NCBI GenBank assembly: GCA_041659005.1
Contig: JBAZZD010000002.1
Span: 25,817 to 89,816, forward strand
Origin: Minisyncoccota bacterium
Lineage (GTDB): Bacteria > Patescibacteriota > Minisyncoccia > UBA6257 > GWB1-50-10
Direction of reading: 5' to 3'
DNA length: 64,000 bases
Program-made: the position numbers and the translations under genes
Shown: positions 56,518-64,000 of the stretch, piece after piece
Numbering within the stretch: position 1 is the stretch's first letter
How the letters are laid out: each line of letters begins with the position of its first letter
Notes under the pieces: generated by a model
Seen by the model: only the letters and a program-made list of their open reading frames with translations
Told to the model about the DNA's origin: nothing
Databases searched by the model: none

Positions 56518-57210
56518 TTATATTTTGACAATTTCTGATATTTCTTTCCCACTTAGTTGTCTTCCTTTTCCTGGCTCCAAGCCACGACCGGTAAGAGAAC
56601 CAATTCTAATACGTTTTAATTTTGTTACTGTCCACTGTACAACATCTGCCATCCGACGAACCTGATGTTTTTTACCCTCCCGAAGGACTATTCTAAATCT
56701 ATGTGGACCAACTAATTTTGTTATCGCGGGCAATGTTTGAATTCCATCAATCAAAACTCCACGACTTAATAGTTTTAATTTGTCTTGAGAAACATCCTCG
56801 CGTACATCTACCTCATATTCCTTTTCAATTTTTCGTTCTTCTCCCGTGACTGCTTTTGTTACTCGTCCATCATTAGAAAGCAAAATCAATCCCTCACTTT
56901 CTTTGTCTAATCTTCCTACAGTATTTAGTTGCATGAATTCAGGAAATAATACAAAAATGCTCGGTCCCTCATCCCGCGATTTTGTACACGTATATCCTCT
57001 TGGTTTATAGCATAACAAAGTAATTTTCCCTTGTGTTTCGGTTATCTTTCTTGGAATTATGAGTTCAATTTTATCTTTTTCTGAATCAATTTGTATTCCC
57101 ATTTCACGTACTACCATGCCGTTTACTTTTATATATCCACGTTTAATATAATCTTCAGCCTCTCTTCGGGAACATAATCCTTTTTCCGAGCAGTATTTTT
57201 GGATCCGCAT
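56518..57210 (-). CDS. rRNA pseudouridine synthase (RsuA/RluB/F family)
   Basis: S4 domain SRREA, KPRG, VGRLD..SEGL.LL.NDG, EGK.HQVRRM. Confidence 0.95.
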   Translation of the reverse strand: MRIQKYCSEKGLCSRREAEDYIKRGYIKVNGMVVREMGIQIDSEKDKIELIIPRKITETQGKITLLCYKPRGYTCTKSRDEGPSIFVLFPEFMQLNTVGRLDKESEGLILLSNDGRVTKAVTGEERKIEKEYEVDVREDVSQDKLKLLSRGVLIDGIQTLPAITKLVGPHRFRIVLREGKKHQVRRMADVVQWTVTKLKRIRIGSLTGRGLEPGKGRQLSGKEISEIVKI

Positions 57211-57269
57211 ATATGCACATGATACATTGAATTGTCGCAAAATAAAACCGCCCATATTGGGCGGGAAAC

Positions 57270-57575
57270 TTATTCTTTTTTTACCTTTTTTTGGGAGGCG
57301 CATAACTTTTCGAAAAACTTTGTATGTAAACATTTTTTTGGTTCGTATAATTTGAACATTGAACCGGTTAATTTCATCTTCCTTCCTTTTACCTCCACCG
57401 TTATAAATTGGTGGTGTCCAAGAGCTTCTATTTTTTCCTCGGGTATTTCCTCAACCGCGAGAACCATAAATTCATTTTTCCCAAAGAGTTTTTTATATTC
57501 TGCTTTTTTCTCATTAGTGAGGACAGGAGTTTGAGTATCAAACACCACTAAACTTTGCCGATTGAAATTAATCAT
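57270..57575 (-). CDS. Hypothetical protein
   Basis: TTGACA-17-GATAAT, AGGA, terminator about 57245-57266. Confidence 0.6.
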   Translation of the reverse strand: MINFNRQSLVVFDTQTPVLTNEKKAEYKKLFGKNEFMVLAVEEIPEEKIEALGHHQFITVEVKGRKMKLTGSMFKLYEPKKCLHTKFFEKLCASQKKVKKE

Positions 57576-57703
57576 TTTTTTCCTATTTTTTTGTGAATTT
57601 GCAATTGGATTTTCATTATCGCACAGACCGATGAGGATGTCAATCCCCCACTAACTAACAACACACAACCGACGACCAACAACTCGAGAAGACAGATCCA
57701 CAA

Positions 57704-58681
57704 TTAAGTATAATTTTTGATGATGAATTTTGTCTCGTTAATATCTTTTGAGTTCATTAATTTTATGCGAAGTTCTTTCGCGCCGTCAAAATCAGATATA
57801 TATATTTTAAAAAACTTTTTCAAATAATCAAATTTTCTTATTGATGATTCTTTGTCATTTTTATACATCCCTTCAAATTGTTTTATGTGATCCGATAAGA
57901 TCGTGATCCTATCATCAATAGTTAATATTTTTTCTCGTTTCCTGAATGCGTAGATATTTGAAAATATACCACGCCCAATCATAACACCATCAACCCCGTA
58001 TTTTTCACATTTTTCTATTGCTTCTTGCCTATTTAAAACGTCGCCATTTCCCAAAATTATTGGACATGTTCGCTTCGTATTATATGAGCGGATAATATCG
58101 GTAGCGCGTTTAATTGCGTCCCAGTGTGTGGGAACCTTAGAGGCCTCTTTCATTGTTCTACCATGTATTGTAATTGCATCAAGACCTGATTCCGCTAATA
58201 GTGGAATCCACGTTTCTACTTCGTCTTTAGAATATCCAATTCTTGTTTTCACCGATACAGGAATTTTTCCTGCTCCTTCTTTGGCCTTCGCAATAATTTC
58301 CACTGTTCGCCTTGGATTTTTTATAAGTGCGGCACCCGCACCCTGTCGGATAACTGACTTGTCTGGACATCCCATATTAATATCAATTCCATCAAATCCC
58401 AGAGAAGCAACCAATTTCGTTGCCTCATATATTTTCTCTGGATTTGAAGAAAATAATTGCGCAACAATTGGGTGTTCCCTTTTTGAAAACTTTAGATCGT
58501 GAAGGAGTTTTTCCCTCCCCTTCTGACTACAGAGACCATCTGCGGAGACAAACTCAGTCCACATGACGTCCGGTTTCCCATATTTTGTAAGAATTGCGCG
58601 AAAAGCAACATCGGTTACATTTGCCATCGGTGCGATTGCTACAAACGGTTTTTCAATTGTTTTCCAAAACCCTTTTGGCAT
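57704..58681 (-). CDS. tRNA-dihydrouridine synthase
   Basis: APMA.VTD, TEFV, DINMGCP, VSVK.R.G, HGRT, NGD, MIGRG. Confidence 0.95.
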   Translation of the reverse strand: MPKGFWKTIEKPFVAIAPMANVTDVAFRAILTKYGKPDVMWTEFVSADGLCSQKGREKLLHDLKFSKREHPIVAQLFSSNPEKIYEATKLVASLGFDGIDINMGCPDKSVIRQGAGAALIKNPRRTVEIIAKAKEGAGKIPVSVKTRIGYSKDEVETWIPLLAESGLDAITIHGRTMKEASKVPTHWDAIKRATDIIRSYNTKRTCPIILGNGDVLNRQEAIEKCEKYGVDGVMIGRGIFSNIYAFRKREKILTIDDRITILSDHIKQFEGMYKNDKESSIRKFDYLKKFFKIYISDFDGAKELRIKLMNSKDINETKFIIKNYT

Positions 58682-58727
58682 AGATGAATCATGACATTAT
58701 ATAGAACTGACAACAAGATACAGAGAA

Positions 58728-58995
58728 AAATTTCAATTTATAATTTACAAATTTCAAATGAGAGAATGAAGAGAAAGGAGAATTTCAATTTATAATTTAC
58801 AAATTTCAAATAAACGAGAATTAAAGAGTTTGGAATAAAATAATTTCGAATGACGAATTTTGAATTTTCTGCCCAAGGCAGATCAGTCTAAGGCTGACAA
58901 TTTATAATTTACAAATCTCAAATGGTGAAATTCATTTTTTTTAAAATAAATGGAGAAAATATAAAAAAGATAAACCCTTCGACAAGCTCAGGGTA
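58728..58995. repeat. Triplicated heptamer tract with a 30-bp double-hairpin insertion, plus a REP-like remnant
   Basis: aatttcaatttataatttacaaatttcaaat at about 58729 and 58781; interrupted copy 58862-58923; cccttcgacaagctcaggg near 58975-58993. Confidence 0.8.
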
Positions 58996-59040
58996 TTTTT
59001 GTTAGCAAAAATAAAGACCCCGCATTAGCGGGGAAAAAGA

Positions 59041-59388
59041 TTAAGACAGAGGTTCGATATCACACCAAAACGGACTTACTGAAAGTCGATCGCCAGTTTT
59101 TAGAATTTTAAAAACTACCCACCAATGTTGTTCATGTTCCCATTTATAAATCTCATCGATATAACAAGAACCGAATCCGAGGAATTCACACTCCCCGATC
59201 AAGAACGGATCAAGAATTTTAACATTGTATTTTTTTCCAATATCTTGTGCGAAAAGATTCGTCGCGCTCCCATTTGAACATCCGCTAACATGCTTAAAAT
59301 TCGAAATTGGAGTTGTAAGGGTCGCACTGTGACCAAATTCTCTTATTTCTCCGAATAAATTATATAAGTAGAGTTTTTCCTTAGGCAT
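59041..59388 (-). CDS. Hypothetical protein
   Basis: GAGGAGG RBS, own promoter-like region and terminator. Confidence 0.65.
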   Translation of the reverse strand: MPKEKLYLYNLFGEIREFGHSATLTTPISNFKHVSGCSNGSATNLFAQDIGKKYNVKILDPFLIGECEFLGFGSCYIDEIYKWEHEQHWWVVFKILKTGDRLSVSPFWCDIEPLS

Positions 59389-59472
59389 TACTGCCTCCTC
59401 TTTTTATTATTAAATATGATAATATTCTGCCATGTATTAATACAAATTGCAATGGTTGATACTTGATTCTCC

Positions 59473-59510
59473 CCCGCCAAAAGCGGGTCAGCCTGCCTGC
59501 CGTAGGCAGG
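59473..59510. repeat. Compound palindromic element
   Basis: cccgccaaaagcggg-tcag-cctgcctgccgtaggcagg. Confidence 0.75.
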
Positions 59511-59538
59511 GATGATGGAGAAAAATAAAAAGCCCCTA

Positions 59539-60228
59539 TTAGGGCTTTGAAAGTGTGTATGCTTTTACCACTATGCTTATAATGGCAAATGGAAGTGAAA
59601 TTGCAAACAGGATATTTGCAAATGAAATTTCACTAAATGCTATTAAGAGGATTCCAATTGCTTGGAGAGAAAATTTCACTTTTCCGAAAATGTTGGAACG
59701 AAAATTTGTATTCTCTTTTTTCTTTAATCCTTGCAATGTAAATCCCACGAGTGCAATGATTAGCAAAAATAATTCAATCCCAATCATTGGAAATATAACC
59801 CAATGAGAAAGCTGACCAAGAAATGGCATTACAATAATAATAAGGGACACCTTATCACAGAGAGGGTCAAACCATTCACCGAATGCGGTATGTCCATCTA
59901 TTTCTGCCCATGCCCCGTCAAATTTATCGGTGAGTAGGGCAATAATTACTATCGGTGACACAAAATACCATGGAACGCCGTATGTCTGCATTATCATTGC
60001 TATTGTGATGAGAAATGGTCTTAGGACTGACAAAAGATTAGGAACAGTAACAATCGCTTCTCCTTGAACTCTCCAATTGAGGATAGTTGTTATCAATTCC
60101 TCATGTTTGTCTTCTCTGCGTTCGCGACGTTTTTTTATCCATTCGCGAGTACTTATCGCATATGGACGAAGAACATTCGCTATAACACGATTTAGCGCAT
60201 TGTATGCGCCCTCCATAAATTTTTGCAT
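59539..60228 (-). CDS. CDP-alcohol phosphatidyltransferase (PgsA-like)
   Basis: TVPN.LS.LR, D..DG..A......G...DP..D, GK.K. Confidence 0.9.
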   Translation of the reverse strand: MQKFMEGAYNALNRVIANVLRPYAISTREWIKKRRERREDKHEELITTILNWRVQGEAIVTVPNLLSVLRPFLITIAMIMQTYGVPWYFVSPIVIIALLTDKFDGAWAEIDGHTAFGEWFDPLCDKVSLIIIVMPFLGQLSHWVIFPMIGIELFLLIIALVGFTLQGLKKKENTNFRSNIFGKVKFSLQAIGILLIAFSEISFANILFAISLPFAIISIVVKAYTLSKP

Positions 60229-60325
60229 ATATAACTCCTTTTAATTTACTAAAGTTATTTTATCATAATTTTGAAGAGTTGTCCATTTTAATAACCAATA
60301 ACAGACAACCTATGACCCACAACAT

Positions 60326-60358
60326 AAAAATCCAACCTTGTAACAAGGTTGGATTTTT
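60326..60358. terminator. Strong hairpin terminator
   Basis: aaaaatccaaccttg-taa-caaggttggattttt. Confidence 0.85.
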
Positions 60359-60372
60359 AATAAATCTACGTC

Positions 60373-63300
60373 CTATTTCTGAATGCTTGGAGGTTTTACA
60401 ATCATTTTATCTATTGTCTCGAAAGTTAAGTTGGAATCAATAATTCCCGTTGGTGTTTTAAATTCAAATATATCGGGCGCACTTTGCCTTACAAGCCCAA
60501 CAACTGGCTCGGAAATATTATTTGGTGAAAGTAAACGTGGTTCCCAGAACGAAGATGTTGCACCATCGGGAATTGAAGGAGGTGTTGTGAGAGTCTCAAG
60601 CTCGTGAAACTTACTAATTGCTCCTTGGAAATTATCTGAAAGAAACGAACCAGTTTCTGGATCGGTAAATTGAGTAAATGTTTGCTCGTTCATTTCGTGT
60701 CCTTGTGCAATATAGTCCGTAAACGATTGTGCACGATAGGTATCCAATCCATATGTCTTTGCAAGTCCAGTTGTTTCTCGCATTAAATCTACATTGTCAG
60801 AGCTATTAAGAAATTTAAATGCACCACCCTCATGAAGTTCATCAACAAGATTGTTGGTGTGAATTTCACGAAGTGCGTCGCGCACCGCCCCAATTTTAAG
60901 ATATTCTGGATGTTGCTCAGTAAGTTTTACTAAACTTTCAGCTCCGTTTGCTTTTGCCCAGTCTTGTGGTTGAGTTCCTTCAACAAAATTTGGATTTCCT
61001 TTGTAATTTAAATATGCTTGGGAAAGCTCGTTATTTCCTTTGATATCAATTGGAAGTTCTTTTGTTGTTTCAACGCCAAATGCGTCAGTTCCCTTTACTA
61101 CAAATGTTTCTGTCTGCCCTTCGGGAGTCACCACCACTTCGTTAAGTACATTGGTTTTTGCTCCCAATATTTCATGCGAAACTTTTGGTTTCATTGATTC
61201 AAGAAACGCCGCACGTTGAGAAGCATTGGATTGCATGATGCTTTCCATTTGCTCGCGTGAAAGATGTTTTGCTGACTCAAGTGCATTTTGAATATCCTGA
61301 TTATTTTCAAATAAAGAATCTAATTCCTTTCCGTATCCAACTTTTATTTGATCAGCATTTTCCAATCCAAATTTATGTGGATCGGCAGTTACCTGATCTT
61401 TCAAGTGATCAATGAAATAAGTTTTTTGTGCCTCATTTAGATCACTGAATCCTTTTACATTCTTTGCTGAATCTTCTTCAATAAGCCTCCATACCGAGTC
61501 GCCTTTGTGCGCAGTTGCAAGATCTTCAACGTGTCCTGAAGATGGAGGAATATGTTCTGGGTTTATTTCTCCAGATTTTGGACCGTTCACAATATGCTCC
61601 GCCCCTGTTGAGGCAACAGCCCCCATCGCTACGTCTGCACCCGTATCAATGAGTTGTGCACCAAGATTTCCTCCAATAACACCGGTTAGAACCGTCATAA
61701 GTCCACGATTCCATTTTCGATATTTATTTGCTACCGCCTCTTTCTTTCTAAATTCTAAATCAACCTCTTTCCCATATGCATAATTTTTTTCTGCAAAGGT
61801 ATCAAAATTTCTCTGTAACACTAATTCCCTCAATTGTTCATCTCTGGTTAACTCGTCTGCTTTTACTTCAACAGTTTCTTCATATGCCTTGCGAACATCA
61901 TGCGAATACGTTGAATCAACTATTTTTTCTCCAACATATTTTTGGAGGTAGTACCCAAACGTTCCGCCAGTTACTGAACGGATTGCACGATATCCGATAT
62001 AAAGTGGAACAGACATTGCTGCCGCAGTAACTGCTCCGGCGCCCAATGCAAGACCTCCACCGGCAACTACTGCACCAATAATTGCGGAACGATATGGACG
62101 TTGAATTTTAGAAAGTTGAGTCATCGCTTTCTTGAAAATCCCCGGATGCTTCAGCTGTTCCGCCTCATAAATTTCTTCAATTTTTCTCTGGTCTATCTGT
62201 TGTTCACGGAACACCATCTTCAAAAGGAGTTGTTCGTATGAGTTTGTTAGATTTACTTCTTCATATTCTCCTTTCTTTCCATTAAAAATACGCGTCTTTT
62301 TTCCTGTCACTATTTTTTCAACAAGGAGTGCATCAATTTGTTCTGGTGTATATCCATGTCCCTTAAATTCTTCTTCCAAGGCTGCCGCTTTGTCTTTAAG
62401 CATCAATGTTTTTAGCTCCTTGAGCGTTGGCTCAAAACGGTTGCTTAGTTCAAGATTTGAATAGGAGCGATCTCCCTCACGAAGCTTGCTCTTCATTATT
62501 TTAAGAGAATCTTCATATGAAATTCCTTTTTCTTTTGCGTGTCTCAAAACATCTATGCGGATTGCTTCGCGTGCATCTTTGATTTCATACACTTCAAGTG
62601 CTTTATCAACTACTCTCTGTGTAAATGTTCTTTCAATGACTGGAATAACTTTTGCCTTATCTGCGGGAGAAATCATTTTCCAGTCCTTTTTAAGAATATC
62701 TTGGAGTAATGTTCTATCGTCCGCACTTGCATTATATGCAACAAGAGAAAAATCACCATTCCCACAAAGAAGATCTAACACTTTTCGTGCTTGATCGGGT
62801 GTATATTCCTTTTTTGGGCCTCGCTCTACGGATATTGGAACACTTGGAGCAACATTTCGTATTGCTTCAGCTGTGCGAGCAGTTGCGGGTGGTGCATCAC
62901 GATTTACTGCTGGGGCTTCCACATTATTACTAGTAGTTCGTGGTTCAGTTTCCTGATTTAATGATGGTGGATTTTCTGGTCTTGGTGGCTCTTCGTGGAG
63001 AATAACTGGAGGCTCTATTTTTGAGTCACTTTCTTTTTTTTGATTATAAAAATCTTTTAGTTCCTCGTTTGTTTGTTTTATAGCTCGCGCGTTCTCTTCA
63101 TCGCTTCTAATTCCGTATTTGGAAATTTCTTCTGGAGTAAAATCTGGTTTTTTCTTTTCTTTCCCCCTTTTTGTATTGGGTATTGATTCAGATTTTGATC
63201 TGTCACCATCGGGCTTCTTTTCCTTAGAAAGATCAATGTCTTCTTGCATCTTTTTCTCTAGATCCCTCTTCTCCTTTAAAATAAAATAGTCTTCTAAAAC

Positions 63301-63639
63301 TCCTTCTCTGATTTCCTCTGGAATCTCTTCCGCCCTTTTTGGGTCAGAAATAATTTTACTTATTTCGTTTAAATCTCTTTGTGTGTTTTTTAGACTGTTT
63401 AAATTTTCTTCGCTTTCACTTTCTTCCTTCTCTTCTTTTATTTCACTTTTTGCGTCATAACTATCCTTCGATTCTTCAGAAATAGAATTCAACTGTTTTT
63501 CCTTTTCGTCTTCATTTGCTTCACCGATTTTCAAATCAACCACACGTTGTTTAAGTGTGGGTGTAAAAGAATCCACCATCTTTTTTTTGGCTTCCTCTAT
63601 TTCCTTTTGTGTTTTTGGTTTTGGAGGTTGTTCGCTCAT
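60373..63639 (-). CDS. Large hypothetical protein: charged N-terminus, Gly/Ala-rich TM hairpins, LysM-like segment
   Basis: 1088 aa; KGDSVWRL...ADQIKVG; no signal peptide. Confidence 0.75.
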   Translation of the reverse strand: MSEQPPKPKTQKEIEEAKKKMVDSFTPTLKQRVVDLKIGEANEDEKEKQLNSISEESKDSYDAKSEIKEEKEESESEENLNSLKNTQRDLNEISKIISDPKRAEEIPEEIREGVLEDYFILKEKRDLEKKMQEDIDLSKEKKPDGDRSKSESIPNTKRGKEKKKPDFTPEEISKYGIRSDEENARAIKQTNEELKDFYNQKKESDSKIEPPVILHEEPPRPENPPSLNQETEPRTTSNNVEAPAVNRDAPPATARTAEAIRNVAPSVPISVERGPKKEYTPDQARKVLDLLCGNGDFSLVAYNASADDRTLLQDILKKDWKMISPADKAKVIPVIERTFTQRVVDKALEVYEIKDAREAIRIDVLRHAKEKGISYEDSLKIMKSKLREGDRSYSNLELSNRFEPTLKELKTLMLKDKAAALEEEFKGHGYTPEQIDALLVEKIVTGKKTRIFNGKKGEYEEVNLTNSYEQLLLKMVFREQQIDQRKIEEIYEAEQLKHPGIFKKAMTQLSKIQRPYRSAIIGAVVAGGGLALGAGAVTAAAMSVPLYIGYRAIRSVTGGTFGYYLQKYVGEKIVDSTYSHDVRKAYEETVEVKADELTRDEQLRELVLQRNFDTFAEKNYAYGKEVDLEFRKKEAVANKYRKWNRGLMTVLTGVIGGNLGAQLIDTGADVAMGAVASTGAEHIVNGPKSGEINPEHIPPSSGHVEDLATAHKGDSVWRLIEEDSAKNVKGFSDLNEAQKTYFIDHLKDQVTADPHKFGLENADQIKVGYGKELDSLFENNQDIQNALESAKHLSREQMESIMQSNASQRAAFLESMKPKVSHEILGAKTNVLNEVVVTPEGQTETFVVKGTDAFGVETTKELPIDIKGNNELSQAYLNYKGNPNFVEGTQPQDWAKANGAESLVKLTEQHPEYLKIGAVRDALREIHTNNLVDELHEGGAFKFLNSSDNVDLMRETTGLAKTYGLDTYRAQSFTDYIAQGHEMNEQTFTQFTDPETGSFLSDNFQGAISKFHELETLTTPPSIPDGATSSFWEPRLLSPNNISEPVVGLVRQSAPDIFEFKTPTGIIDSNLTFETIDKMIVKPPSIQK

Positions 63640-63646
63640 GTGAATT

Positions 63647-63961
63647 TTATGATAAATGTGCCGGCATCATCATTTCTTTATACTTTGCGACTTCTTCACG
63701 AATAATTTCTTCAATAGAAGGAATATTTTGCTTTAAGAAGTTTGTGATTTCTGCGTGATCGGTCGCAGTATCAATAAGTGTTTCCAATGATTCTGCCTGA
63801 GCTTCATTAAGGTTATCCATAATACGAAGCCAAATTGCGCGTGCAATTAATTCTGACATTTCATCAAGTATATTTTTTCGTTCTGCATCGGGAAGACCAT
63901 CAAGATGAAGTTCCTTTATAAGATCGACATTCAGCAATGACTCAATTTTTTTTGTATCCAT
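63647..63961 (-). CDS. DUF5663-like small acidic protein
   Basis: L..L.L..LP..E...IL..M.E.I...I..RI...L, FL...IP..EEI..EE. Confidence 0.7.
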   Translation of the reverse strand: MDTKKIESLLNVDLIKELHLDGLPDAERKNILDEMSELIARAIWLRIMDNLNEAQAESLETLIDTATDHAEITNFLKQNIPSIEEIIREEVAKYKEMMMPAHLS

Positions 63962-64000
63962 TTTTAATTGTTTGTATTATACAACGACTTACGCCATAAG

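Noticed and set aside
58728-58923. Three near-identical ~31-nt repeats with spacers, as a possible CRISPR array
   Set aside because: The repeats are internally heptameric and low-complexity, spacers are irregular and purine-rich, and no cas genes are nearby
1-64000. Alternative genetic code (TGA read as Gly), and the many short antisense ORFs in the track
   Set aside because: Conserved genes are intact under the standard code and several end at TGA; the antisense ORFs are shadows of well-supported genes

Overview
AT-rich bacterial chromosome segment using the standard genetic code (TGA = stop). Gene content and style point to Patescibacteria/CPR, probably Parcubacteria; this is an inference from the many conserved CPR-type hypothetical proteins, the reduced cell-wall cluster and the presence of rplI. 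Core genes: ychF, scpA/scpB, D-Ala-D-Ala carboxypeptidase, mraY, ftsW, murG, gltX, secA, rmuC, rpmA, rplI, a C-terminal protease, thpR, def, fmt, a DEAD-box helicase, a LexA-like repressor, a MacAB-like exporter, a pseudouridine synthase, a Dus and a pgsA-like gene. RNA genes: tRNA-Leu(GAG) and tRNA-Gln(CTG). No CRISPR array, rRNA, intact transposase or integrase was seen. The most unusual signals are non-coding: (1) stacked hairpin-rich units behind both tRNAs, each bounded by an inverted and a direct copy of that tRNA's own 3' end; (2) 15-30 bp GC-rich palindromes inserted without target duplication into heptamer repeats, tRNA fragments and a coding sequence, with empty-site controls in the same window; (3) two expression regimes, namely apparently leaderless genes versus about 17 self-contained promoter/leader/Shine-Dalgarno/terminator cassettes carrying mostly orphan genes; (4) several candidate ncRNAs, including a long hairpin in the secA leader. 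Protein-level highlights are a PI3/4-kinase-like gene with a small coupled partner inside the cell-wall cluster, a beta-barrel-like protein, and a group of heme/porphyrin-binding-type genes. All family assignments come from motif recognition by eye; no database searches or folding programs were run.
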